64,000 nt of DNA, from NCBI GenBank assembly GCA_964409875.1, contig CAYPEN010000001.1, positions 356,275 through 420,274 on the forward strand, written 5' to 3'. Of this stretch, positions 43,350 to 51,269 are shown piece after piece. Position numbers and translations under genes: made by a program. This stretch comes from an uncultured Gammaproteobacteria bacterium (GTDB taxonomy: Bacteria > Patescibacteriota > Microgenomatia > Levybacterales > GWA1-39-11). Within the stretch, counting starts at the first letter, position 1. Every line of letters starts with the position of its first letter. The notes under the pieces were generated by a model. It did no database searches. It was not told where the DNA came from and worked only from the letters and a program-made list of their open reading frames with translations.

Positions 43350-43741
43350 TTCCGTACCATTTCGTATGTGTCATCAAGTGTTTTGAGCTTTTTTATTTCT
43401 TTCAATTCAAACCACCTCGCATCATTTGTTTCCTCATCGAGTGTTGTGTCAATTGTATCAGAAATAGGTCGAGTCAAAAATACATTCAGGTGAAAGCTAA
43501 CTTCCGGGTACGACTGCTCTATAATAAATGGTGAATCCGAAAGAATTTCAACGTCGAGTCCTGTTTCCTCTTTTGCCTCTCTTAAACAGGCGGCTGCAGG
43601 TGTTTCATCGTTTTCAATTCCACCACCCGGCACCTGCCAGCATAAATGTATATTTTTGTTCTTAGGATCATAGCGTTGAGTAAGTAATATTTTTCCTTGT
43701 GGATTTATTATTACTGCATTTGCAACATGAATATTTCCCAT
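43313..43741 (-). CDS. NUDIX hydrolase
   Basis: 142 aa with a Nudix box GGGIENDETPAAACLREAKEETGL. Overlaps the pheS start by 37 nt. Confidence 0.85.
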   Translation of the reverse strand: MGNIHVANAVIINPQGKILLTQRYDPKNKNIHLCWQVPGGGIENDETPAAACLREAKEETGLDVEILSDSPFIIEQSYPEVSFHLNVFLTRPISDTIDTTLDEETNDARWFELKEIKKLKTLDDTYEMVRKCIQIWKKHSFK

Positions 43742-43792
43742 AAATACAAAAAAAGCCTCTTTAAGAGGCTTGAAGTGAAGATGCAGAAAGGT

Positions 43793-44146
43793 TTATTTGG
43801 TTTCAAATGCCCTCTTCACAATATTGGTAAAAGCGTCTCTATTTTCAACAATAAGTGAAGCTAATATTTTTCTATCAAGTTCTATGTTTTTGCTCTTCAA
43901 CGCGTTCACGAATCTGCTATATGAGTATCCCTCTTCTTTTACCGCTTCACCGATTCGGACAACCCACAACCTTCTGAAGTCTCTCTTCTTTCTTTTTCTT
44001 CCATGGTATGCATATGCATCGGAATGAAGAACCGCAGCTGTAGCGGTGCGGATGAGACGGTTTCGGGTACCCCGATATCCCTTTGCCAGGTCAAATATCT
44101 TTTTATGTTTTTTGTGGGATACTATCCCTCTTTTTACTCTACTCAT
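43793..44146 (-). CDS. rplT: 50S ribosomal protein L20
   Basis: MSRVKRGIVSHKKHKKIFDLAKGYRGTRNRLIRTA... matches the canonical L20 sequence. It sits in the infC-rpmI-rplT context. Confidence 0.95.
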   Translation of the reverse strand: MSRVKRGIVSHKKHKKIFDLAKGYRGTRNRLIRTATAAVLHSDAYAYHGRKRKKRDFRRLWVVRIGEAVKEEGYSYSRFVNALKSKNIELDRKILASLIVENRDAFTNIVKRAFETK

Positions 44147-44150
44147 ATGT

Positions 44151-44348
44151 TTAAGCCTCTCCCAATAATTGCTTTATTTTTTTTGCGAACCCTGCCTGTA
44201 CCTGCTTCACTTCTTTTTGAGCTCTTAACGTTCCTTTTGATTTGTGGGAGCGCAAGTGACTCCTCATTTGTGAGCCACGAAGCACCTTTCCGGTCTTTGT
44301 AACCTTAAAACGCCTTTTAATGCTCCTTTTTGTTTTTAGTTTTGGCAT
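44151..44348 (-). CDS. rpmI: 50S ribosomal protein L35
   Basis: MPKLKTKRSIKRRFKVTKTGKVLRGSQMRSHLRSHK... is basic and 65 aa long, and lies between infC and rplT. Confidence 0.95.
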   Translation of the reverse strand: MPKLKTKRSIKRRFKVTKTGKVLRGSQMRSHLRSHKSKGTLRAQKEVKQVQAGFAKKIKQLLGEA

Positions 44349-44455
44349 ACTGCTTTTTCTTCAAAAAAAGAAATCCGAAATTCTAATTTCGAAATTCGAA
44401 ACTTTTAATTTTTTGCTTTTGTTTCGTGCTTCGAATTTAGTGCTTCGAGTTTGTT
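44349..44455 (-). promoter_or_regulatory. infC-rpmI intergenic palindrome/U-tract, candidate L20-type autoregulatory or attenuator element
   Basis: Minus-strand RNA contains the palindrome CGAAAUUAGAAUUUCG followed by GAUUUCUUUUUUUGAAG directly upstream of the rpmI start. In other bacteria this intergenic position carries L20 feedback structures. Confidence 0.3.
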
Positions 44456-44992
44456 TTACTTATTCCTGGCTATCATCATGGTCATTTGTCTTCCTTCCAT
44501 GCGTGCTTCTCTTTCAACTTTTGCTAGTTCTCCCAGCTTCTCAAGCACCATATCCAATTTCTGCCTTCCAATGTCCTGGTGTCCCATTTGTCTTCCGGTA
44601 AACCGTACCGCAAACTTTACCTTATTTCCCTCTTCCAAAAACTCTTTTGCCTTTTTTAACTTTATATCTAAATCGTGTTCCCCTATGAAAGGCCCAAAGC
44701 GTATTTGCTTTGTCTCAGACCCTTTTGCTCCCTTTTTCTCGTCCTGTTTCTTTTTTTTCAGTTGGTATAAAAACTTCGAAAAATCGATAATTTTTACTAC
44801 CGGAGGCTTTGCTTGGGGCGCTACCTCTACCAAATCTACTCCCTCTTCTTCTGATTTTAGGAGTGCTTCTTTAAGGCTCATTATTCCTATCTGCTCTCCC
44901 TTATCGTTCAATACCCTTACCTCGGAAGCCCGGATTTGGTAATTTTTCCTGTAAAAAACGTTTTGTGTAAATTTTTTAGTGTTTTGTCTCAA
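44456..44992 (-). CDS. infC: translation initiation factor IF-3
   Basis: ...NYQIRASEVRVLNDKGEQIGIMSLKEALLKSEEEGVDLVEVAPQAKPPVVKIIDFSKFLYQ... matches IF-3. The true start may be a non-AUG codon near the thrS stop. Confidence 0.9.
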   Translation of the reverse strand: MRQNTKKFTQNVFYRKNYQIRASEVRVLNDKGEQIGIMSLKEALLKSEEEGVDLVEVAPQAKPPVVKIIDFSKFLYQLKKKKQDEKKGAKGSETKQIRFGPFIGEHDLDIKLKKAKEFLEEGNKVKFAVRFTGRQMGHQDIGRQKLDMVLEKLGELAKVEREARMEGRQMTMMIARNK

Positions 44993-46745
44993 TTTCTTTT
45001 TGAATTTTTGTAATAAATTCGTCTAGCCTCAGTTGCCCAAGGTCTTTCCCGTCCCTTGTTCTTACAGTTACAATTAACTCTCCGTTTTTGGACTTTTCTT
45101 CTTCCTGACCGCCTATTATACACATGTAGGGTACTTTTTGTAAAGTAGCCTCACGGATTTTGTTCCCGAGCGTATTGTTAGAGCTATCATTTTCTACACG
45201 GACTCCGCAGTTTTTCAGCTGATTTTCTACCTTTGAAGCAAATGCAACAAATTTATCAGATACCGGCAGTAAGGCGACTTGTGTGGGTGCAAGCCAGGTG
45301 GGAAAAGCACCTGCATAATGCTCTATAAGAAATGCCATAACGCGCTCAATTGCACCTATTGAGGAACGGTGTATCACAACGGGTTGTTCCTCTACTCCTT
45401 CTTCATTAATAAAGGAGAGGTTGAAGCGCTGCGGCATAACAAAATCGTATTGCACTGTAAAAGCCGTATCCTCTTTGCCATTGACGTTTTTCATCTGGAC
45501 GTCAATTTTGGGACCGTAAAACGCTGCTTCGCCACTAGCTTCAACAAAATGTGCATTCCGTTCTTTGAGCACTTTTCTGAGTATTTCTTCAGCAAAATCC
45601 CAGGAAGCATCATCTTTAAAATATTTCTTGTCATCCGCCCTATCCCCTAGAGACAAACGGTAATGGTAATCTTTTCCTTGCTCAAGTCCAAAAACAGAGG
45701 CTAAATGCTCAATAAGGTTTAAAACTCCTTGTATCTCCTGCTCTGCTTTAGCCTTTGGGGTTACAATGTGGGCATCTGCAAGACAAAACGTTCTAACGCG
45801 TTGAAGTCCCATTAGTTCTCCCGATTTTTCAAACCGGTACAATTTTGCCAGCTCTGCAATTCTCATCGGAAGCTCTTTATAGCTATGCATTCGGGAAAGA
45901 TACAATTCGAAGTGATGAGGACAGGTCATGGGCCGTAGCATGAATTCCTCTCCTTCAATTTTAATAGGGGCATACATTGAATCTTTGTAAAACGGATAAT
46001 GTCCAGATTTTTTATATAAATCAATTTTTGCAATGTCAGGTGTATAAACATGCAAATATCCGCGTTTGAGTTCCTCATCAACGATAAATCTTTCAAGCTC
46101 ACGCCTTATTGTCGAACCCTTTGGGGTAAATAGTGGAAGGCCTTTTCCAACGGTTTCTGAGAAAACAAACAGTCCTAATTCACGTCCTAGTTTTTTGTGG
46201 TCCCGCTTTTCTGCCTCTTCAAGCATTTTTAAATGTTCATCAAGCTCCTCTTTTGTGGGGAAAGCAGTGCCATAGATTCGTGTCAACATTTTGTTTTTCT
46301 CGTTGCCTCTCCAATAAGCTCCTGCTAAGGATAAAAGCTTGAAAGCACCTATTTCCTTTGCTGGATTTTCAGCGTGTCCCCCTCGGCATAAGTCTTCAAA
46401 GTATCCCGCTTTATAAAGCGTTATTTTCTCACCCTTTTGAACAATTTCATCAATGAGCTCAAGTTTGTAAGGATTGTTATTGAAAATTTTTTTTGCTTCG
46501 TCTTCGGTTACTTCACGTGCCTCAAATTTATCCCAAGCCGGAAGGGTTTTTGCCATCATTTTCTCTATCTTTGGTAATTCAGATTCTGTTATGGGCTTCC
46601 CAAAATCAAAGTCGTAGTAAAATCCGTTTTCTATAGCAGGGCCAATAGTTGGCATAGCATCGGGATAGATTCTCAGAACGGCTGCTGCCAGCAAGTGCGC
46701 AGCTGAATGTCGCAATTTTACGATATTTTGTTCCATGTTACTCAT
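44976..46745 (-). CDS. thrS: threonine--tRNA ligase (short, 589 aa; no N-terminal TGS/editing extension)
   Basis: MSNMEQNIVKLRHSAAHLLAAAVLRIYPDAMPTIGPAIENGFYYDFDFG... has the class II core and an anticodon-binding domain. It lies upstream of infC. Confidence 0.9.
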   Translation of the reverse strand: MSNMEQNIVKLRHSAAHLLAAAVLRIYPDAMPTIGPAIENGFYYDFDFGKPITESELPKIEKMMAKTLPAWDKFEAREVTEDEAKKIFNNNPYKLELIDEIVQKGEKITLYKAGYFEDLCRGGHAENPAKEIGAFKLLSLAGAYWRGNEKNKMLTRIYGTAFPTKEELDEHLKMLEEAEKRDHKKLGRELGLFVFSETVGKGLPLFTPKGSTIRRELERFIVDEELKRGYLHVYTPDIAKIDLYKKSGHYPFYKDSMYAPIKIEGEEFMLRPMTCPHHFELYLSRMHSYKELPMRIAELAKLYRFEKSGELMGLQRVRTFCLADAHIVTPKAKAEQEIQGVLNLIEHLASVFGLEQGKDYHYRLSLGDRADDKKYFKDDASWDFAEEILRKVLKERNAHFVEASGEAAFYGPKIDVQMKNVNGKEDTAFTVQYDFVMPQRFNLSFINEEGVEEQPVVIHRSSIGAIERVMAFLIEHYAGAFPTWLAPTQVALLPVSDKFVAFASKVENQLKNCGVRVENDSSNNTLGNKIREATLQKVPYMCIIGGQEEEKSKNGELIVTVRTRDGKDLGQLRLDEFITKIQKEIETKH

Positions 46746-46785
46746 TATAGTTCAAATGAGCGTGAATTTGAAGTGTCAACCATCA

Positions 46786-47007
46786 TTAGAAATGAAAAGG
46801 GGAATTTACTTTTGCAGCATGGCTCATCACTTTTGCAACGAAATCTCCTATTATCGGAACAAAATCAACCTTAGAAAGGAGAAACACCACAAGTGCAATA
46901 ATGAAGGTTGTGCCTATCCAAACTCCTAAAGACCAAGAAATTCCTCCAATAAAATTATCAAGTATCATTTTCTTCCTACTTCGGTAGACATTTTCATTTT
47001 TTTCCAT
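46786..47007 (-). CDS. small membrane protein (73 aa), hypothetical
   Basis: Complete ORF with a single hydrophobic helix (GISWSLGVWIGTTFIIALVVFLL). Confidence 0.5.
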   Translation of the reverse strand: MEKNENVYRSRKKMILDNFIGGISWSLGVWIGTTFIIALVVFLLSKVDFVPIIGDFVAKVMSHAAKVNSPFHF

Positions 47008-47019
47008 AGTGTAATAGTA

Positions 47020-47598
47020 TCACGATTCAAATCCTAAGGATTGCGTAATTTGTTGCATTGCAGAAAGTACAATGGCAGTGTATTCCCTAATGGGAAAACC
47101 CAATTTTTCTTCGCAAATAACGATTTGCGCCCTGTCAACATTTTTTGCGAAATTTGAGTCCTGCATTTTTTGAATAACCATATCTACTGTTACAGTATTT
47201 AATTTCTTTTCCCTTTGGGAGAGCGCACATGAAATTACAAACCCTGTTAGCTCATCGCACGTATAAAGTGCCCAGTCCATCGAGGTTTGCGGTGGAATAC
47301 CTGTAAAACGGTAATTATGCGCCTTAATAGCACTCAGTACATCCTTCGAAAGGACGTTGCCAATTTTCTCTTCCAAATACAGAGTGTGTTTTTCTGGATG
47401 ACTCCTGGTCAATTCGTAATCCGCATCGTGTAGCAATCCGGCAATAGCCCAACTCTCTTCATTTTCAGCCTTTCTCGTTTTTGCTGCATATACCCGGCAA
47501 ATGGCCCGCATCGCAGCCTCAACTGCCAAATGATGGCGTATAAGGTTGGGTGCTTTCGTATATACCTGCAGTGTTTGTATTGCTTCTTGTCTTGTCAT
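47020..47598 (-). CDS. HD-domain phosphohydrolase
   Basis: 192 aa with an HD motif (RHHLAVEAAMRAI...IAGLLHDADYE). Confidence 0.8.
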   Translation of the reverse strand: MTRQEAIQTLQVYTKAPNLIRHHLAVEAAMRAICRVYAAKTRKAENEESWAIAGLLHDADYELTRSHPEKHTLYLEEKIGNVLSKDVLSAIKAHNYRFTGIPPQTSMDWALYTCDELTGFVISCALSQREKKLNTVTVDMVIQKMQDSNFAKNVDRAQIVICEEKLGFPIREYTAIVLSAMQQITQSLGFES

Positions 47599-47660
47599 TA
47601 AAAAAGTATACTACTTTTAGGGTTTAGGGTTTAGGCAAAATTTGTAGTAAAAGCTTTTTT

Positions 47661-47757
47661 TGTGGATAATATAGGATTCGAACTTGTGACCTTTGCAATG
47701 TGAATGTGCCGTAATGAAATGGTTAATGCCCTGGGGTGCAACGCTCTACTTTTTTAA
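47661..47757 (-). pseudogene. degenerate tRNA-Val-like pseudogene with a ~31-nt insertion in the anticodon arm and no 5' acceptor/D-arm
   Basis: The reverse complement reads ...GTAGAGCGTTGCA[CCCCAGGGCATTAACCATTTCATTACGGCACA]TTCACATTGCAAAGGTCACAAGTTCGAATCC... It aligns to tRNA-Val but has an insertion and a T-stem that does not pair. Confidence 0.45.
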
Positions 47758-47873
47758 TAAAGGCAAGCTGCGCTTATCTAGCTGAACTAATCGTCTCCGG
47801 TAATAATTTAGAGGCAAGACTCATCACTTCTAAAACAAGTTTTTCTACATGTAATTGCCCAACCAGATGTATG

Positions 47874-47945
47874 TGGACGACGTTGGGATCGAACCAGCGA
47901 CCTCTTCGATGTGAACGAAGCGTTCTACCACTAAACTAGTCGTCC
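47874..47945 (-). tRNA. tRNA-Val (anticodon CAC)
   Basis: Manual cloverleaf: GGACGAC TA GTTT AGTGGTA GAAC G CTTCG TTCACAT CGAAG AGGTC GCTGG TTCGATC CCAAC GTCGTCC A. One C·A mismatch in the T-stem. No encoded CCA. Confidence 0.7.
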
Positions 47946-47966
47946 TCACCCACCGTATTTTCTTTG

Positions 47967-48041
47967 TGGACCCAAGAGAACTCGAATCTCTGACCTTTGC
48001 AATGTCAATGCAACGCTCTAACCAAACTGAGCTATGGGTCC
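47967..48041 (-). tRNA. tRNA-Val (anticodon GAC)
   Basis: Manual cloverleaf: GGACCCA TA GCTC AGTTTGGTTA GAGC G TTGCA TTGACAT TGCAA AGGTC AGAGA TTCGAGT TCTCT TGGGTCC A. Confidence 0.8.
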
Positions 48042-48077
48042 ACAAAGAAAACAACCCTCAATGGAACATGCTTCATT

Positions 48078-48102
48078 GCAACCAGCTGAGCTATTCGTCC
48101 AC
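48078..48102 (-). pseudogene. tRNA-Val 5' fragment (acceptor + D-arm only)
   Basis: The reverse complement GGACGAATAGCTCAGCTGGTTGC matches the first ~23 nt of tRNA-Val(UAC) at 57774-57846, and nothing follows it. Confidence 0.5.
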
Positions 48103-48145
48103 GGGCTTTCCGCTATTTTATCAAATTGTCCGTGCGTGAACAAAC

Positions 48146-48577
48146 TTAAGCGACATTCGTTGGATTTGCCGAAGTAGGCAATGCTTCTTTACGCCCTATC
48201 AAATGCAGCGCGCTATTCGGTAGCAAACCGGTATCATCAATGGTTGCAAGAACCATAATGCTCGATTCTTCGCTTAGGTGTTCTTCGTGAAGTTCGCTTA
48301 CGAGCGCAAGATCTCCTTTTCCTTCAATTACTGCCTGAACTGCTTCGTCTTCTGTGTCTCTTCTTGAGTAAGCGGCTACATTTCGATGCCGCATGTTTTC
48401 CGCACCGAGTAGATTTTCAACAACAGAAATCGGTTCAACTGTGGTTATTCTTGGCTGGTGAATTTCGGTTGTTTTGTCTCCTAACATAATATCTCGAGGG
48501 TTGACCATAACAGAAATTTCCTGCCCTCCTACAGTTAATAATTTGCGTTGCGGTTTACCCTTCTTCTCATTTTCCAT
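48146..48577 (-). CDS. hypothetical protein (143 aa)
   Basis: The ORF extends to 48625, but the internal ATG at 48577 is preceded by AGGAGGTG (MENEKKGKPQRKLL...). It overlaps and follows the 70-aa gene. Confidence 0.6.
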   Translation of the reverse strand: MENEKKGKPQRKLLTVGGQEISVMVNPRDIMLGDKTTEIHQPRITTVEPISVVENLLGAENMRHRNVAAYSRRDTEDEAVQAVIEGKGDLALVSELHEEHLSEESSIMVLATIDDTGLLPNSALHLIGRKEALPTSANPTNVA

Positions 48578-48602
48578 ATTACAATACACCTCCTTTCCAT
48601 AT

Positions 48603-48815
48603 TTATACGAAAAGTTCTCCACCATTTTGACTTAAATCTGCCAATTCAAGCCGCACTTGCATAAGCCGGATTTCATCTGCGTATTCTTGTGCAAGTTGTG
48701 CAAAATTATCAATAAAATCAATTCCTTTACCAATTGGTTGCATTTGAACGCTACCGCCGGCAATAAGACTTTCTTCATTTTTTTGTAAAATTAATTCCGT
48801 TTCCATAAAAATCAC
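48603..48815 (-). CDS. hypothetical protein (70 aa)
   Basis: The ATG is preceded by AAGGAGGTGATTTTT. Product MIFMETELILQKNEESLIAGGSVQMQPIGKGIDFIDNFAQ... Confidence 0.55.
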   Translation of the reverse strand: MIFMETELILQKNEESLIAGGSVQMQPIGKGIDFIDNFAQLAQEYADEIRLMQVRLELADLSQNGGELFV

Positions 48816-48893
48816 CTCCTTAATGCGTCAGGAGGAAATCCTCCCTTCGAGTGTTAAGTATTTTGTCTTCCAATCTGTGTCCATTTTTCCAAC

Positions 48894-48982
48894 AAAAAAC
48901 CTTCGCGTTTTTGGAACTTTCGTTCCTGCGAAGGTTGTATAAGCATTAGCCCAGTGGGATACAACCCTCGCTTACGCGAAGG
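48894..48982 (-). promoter_or_regulatory. structured 5'-leader/attenuator-like element: nested hairpins plus an intrinsic-terminator-like stem followed by U6
   Basis: Minus-strand RNA: CCUUCGCG ... GGUUGUAU-(18 nt)-AUACAACC ... CCUUCGCAGG AACGAAAGUUCC AAAAA CGCGAAGG UUUUUU. Three copies of CCUUCGC(G), two of which can pair with the single CGCGAAGG. It lies ~80 nt upstream of the 70-aa gene start. Confidence 0.4.
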
Positions 48983-49071
48983 TAAAGTATCTAAACCACT
49001 TATGTGCTAATGTTTTCATTATTAATTATTGTAATAAGTAATTGTTTCCTCGTCAAGGGTAAATTACTTTT

Positions 49072-49746
49072 TTACGCATTCATATTGTCAAAAAAGTTGC
49101 GCCGGCGTTGTAAATCATCGAGAACCAATGACGCCTCATCGATAACATTGTAAGGTATATTCGCCGTAAGTCTAATGGGATCATTCTCTAAAAATGAGGG
49201 TAAGAAGTTGGGTAGTGACTCCAACTTTGCATGCAATTCCTCAAGAGAACCTACATCTGGAATAGGTAGCGGTCTTTTTTGGGTTGGCATAGTATCAAAC
49301 GATTTCTGGGCTAAGCCCATTGACCTCACCAAATCCTCAGCAAATTGCACCTCAGTAATTGGAGCTGTTGAATTCCGGTTAAAGATATCTGTTGCATGAG
49401 ACAGGGGAATAATTCGTACCGGAACTTTTACTCTATCTGTATACCGTGCCCTGTGATGTCCGTCAGTTATTGCCAAATAGGCAGCATCCCTACAAAAAAG
49501 TGGCACTGCCAATGTCGGATTTTTAAGAAGAGTCAAATACCCTTGTCCTTCTTCTTGTTGCAGCAGTTTTTCTGTTCCCCTTCTGCTTTTAATTGAGTAC
49601 GCTTCTTTCGGCTGCACACCATATAAATGAATTTTGGGCACAAGAAACACACCGGTTTTTGAAATATCAGAAGGAGTCAGAAAATCTTGCCTCAAGCATG
49701 GTTCGGCAAATGATGTAAGTATTCCTCTATTTTCTTGTTTTTCCAT
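49072..49746 (-). CDS. ParB/Srx-like nuclease-domain protein (putative)
   Basis: 224 aa. The motif LAITDGHHRARY resembles the ParB N-terminal/ParB-like nuclease DGHHR signature. No HTH is recognised. Confidence 0.5.
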   Translation of the reverse strand: MEKQENRGILTSFAEPCLRQDFLTPSDISKTGVFLVPKIHLYGVQPKEAYSIKSRRGTEKLLQQEEGQGYLTLLKNPTLAVPLFCRDAAYLAITDGHHRARYTDRVKVPVRIIPLSHATDIFNRNSTAPITEVQFAEDLVRSMGLAQKSFDTMPTQKRPLPIPDVGSLEELHAKLESLPNFLPSFLENDPIRLTANIPYNVIDEASLVLDDLQRRRNFFDNMNA

Positions 49747-49757
49747 AAATTAACCAC

Positions 49758-49783
49758 AAAAAAACCTCCCGTCTTGTGGGAGG
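49758..49783 (-). terminator. rho-independent terminator (CCUCCC-loop-GGGAGG followed by U7 on the minus strand)
   Basis: Plus strand: AAAAAAA CCTCCC GTCTTGT GGGAGG. It lies downstream of the 49920 gene stop. Confidence 0.6.
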
Positions 49784-49919
49784 TTTGTAAAAATTATCTA
49801 CTATTCCTCCACACTACTACACTCCTAGAAGGAGCATGCAAGTAATGTGAAGAGAATTTCTTTTCATTTTGTTTATTTTAATGAGCATACTACTATTTTG
49901 TCAACGAGGAAATAAACAT

Positions 49920-50357
49920 TTATTCTCCGTCAGAACCTTCGCTTGCGCTGGAATCACTGTCCGAGCTTCCGACTACTCCATCAAAGCCAGAATTATCTGT
50001 GGTTGCTTCAGCTGTTGCTTCAGGAGCAGCTTCCCAACTTACATCAGTGCTGCTTGTTTGCTCAGAGTCCATAATTGATGCCAATTCTCCCCGAACCTCC
50101 TCGAGTTGAGCGTCTTCAGATGATATTGTAGGGCTAGTTAGGTTAACGGCTTCATTGTTAAGCCGCACTGCTTCTCCTAAAAACATTGCTCCACTCAAAA
50201 GTGGTGCTCCGTCAGGAGTAACATTTAACGGCTCAATACGTTCATGCCTCTCATTTCTTGCCGTGGCAAAACTTAGACCACGTAACCTATTATCGATAAT
50301 TCTCGTTACGTCGTTTACAATTTCCTCTCGTAATATATTTGCTTCAAAACGATTCAT
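49920..50357 (-). CDS. hypothetical acidic protein (145 aa; ORF could extend to a GTG at 50414)
   Basis: MNRFEANILREEIVNDVTRIIDNRL... with a C-terminal acidic Ser/Asp/Glu-rich tail. The ATG at 50357 lies immediately downstream of the terminator hairpin at 50364-50389, and the longer version would translate that hairpin. Confidence 0.55.
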   Translation of the reverse strand: MNRFEANILREEIVNDVTRIIDNRLRGLSFATARNERHERIEPLNVTPDGAPLLSGAMFLGEAVRLNNEAVNLTSPTISSEDAQLEEVRGELASIMDSEQTSSTDVSWEAAPEATAEATTDNSGFDGVVGSSDSDSSASEGSDGE

Positions 50358-50363
50358 AATCAC

Positions 50364-50389
50364 AAAAAAACCTCCCGTTTTGTGGGAGG
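50364..50389 (-). terminator. rho-independent terminator, near-identical copy of the 49758-49783 element
   Basis: Plus strand: AAAAAAA CCTCCC GTTTTGT GGGAGG. It lies downstream of the 50484 gene stop. Confidence 0.6.
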
Positions 50390-50483
50390 CACTAAAAACT
50401 TTTCTCCCACACACCCTCTAACCCTTAATAAGGTTAAAAAGATGTATGTAAGAAAAGTTTCTATTCATATTTAAATTATAATT

Positions 50484-51161
50484 CTAGCCAGTCTGTGTTG
50501 CAACTGCCCTATCGTGATGCATTGTGTAGCTTGTCCCGCCCTTTTTGGCCATTGCGTGATAGCTCCTCTCCTGTTTGCGGCTCCTAAATAGCTGGGCATA
50601 AATTACCCCATCTTGAACTTTGTCACGCATTTTTATAACAAGCTTCAAAAATCCCTCGTAAAATGTAAGGTGATAAATACCTGGTTTTTCTGGAACCTCA
50701 TCAATTACGACGTCTTTGAAAACCGTTTCAAGTTCATCGGACGAGTCTTTTAATTTTCTCAGTTCTGCAAGAATCATCTCGAGCTGCTGTCTTATAGCAA
50801 CTGAATCTTCATTGGTCCTTTTATTTTCGGAATTTCTCTTAAACTCAGCAAAATATTGTTGATGTTCAACCGTTGCAACTGCTTTTTCATGCGTTGCCTC
50901 AGATGAAACTTTCTCTTTTTCTCTGGCAGCCAAGGAAACCGATTTTCCTGCCTTAAGTTCAACCCCGAATATTTGATTAAGAACGACATTGAATTCCGTT
51001 TTTGCCTCACTTGCGACCGCTTTATTTGCAGATTTTATTGTTTCTGTATTGAATAGTTGAGGTTTTTTTGCGCTCTCGAAGAACTTTTTGAACAGATTTC
51101 CCCCATCCGAGTGAACTCTTTCCTCTCCTGTATATTTTGTAGGTTTTACCTGCCCTTTCAT
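50484..51161 (-). CDS. hypothetical protein (225 aa)
   Basis: Complete ORF, charged and Lys/Glu-rich. No recognised motif. Confidence 0.55.
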   Translation of the reverse strand: MKGQVKPTKYTGEERVHSDGGNLFKKFFESAKKPQLFNTETIKSANKAVASEAKTEFNVVLNQIFGVELKAGKSVSLAAREKEKVSSEATHEKAVATVEHQQYFAEFKRNSENKRTNEDSVAIRQQLEMILAELRKLKDSSDELETVFKDVVIDEVPEKPGIYHLTFYEGFLKLVIKMRDKVQDGVIYAQLFRSRKQERSYHAMAKKGGTSYTMHHDRAVATQTG

Positions 51162-51269
51162 AGCCGCATTATACTACTTAGGCTCAAATTTATCAATCCT
51201 ATAATGAAATTGTAACACGTAGAGAGAAAATTAAAAGAGGTGTTGCGAATGAAATTTGTAAGAGTTTCT

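Noticed and set aside
40320-46745. Plus-strand ORFs within pheT, pheS and thrS (for example 41401-42276, 42302-42689, 45369-45650, 46066-46342)
   Set aside because: They lie fully inside well-supported minus-strand housekeeping genes and have low-complexity products.
47617-47636. TTTAGGG x 2.7 (plant-telomere-like repeat) upstream of the HD-domain gene
   Set aside because: It is too short and isolated, and is probably coincidental low-complexity promoter sequence.
47736-48054. ORFs 47736-47939 (+) and 47845-48054 (-)
   Set aside because: They overlap the two tRNA-Val genes.
51162-51269. 10-codon plus-strand ORF (MKFVRVSLKR) after an AAAAGAGGTG motif
   Set aside because: It is too short and has no supporting context. 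The region is more likely the promoter/5' UTR of the minus-strand 50484-51161 gene.
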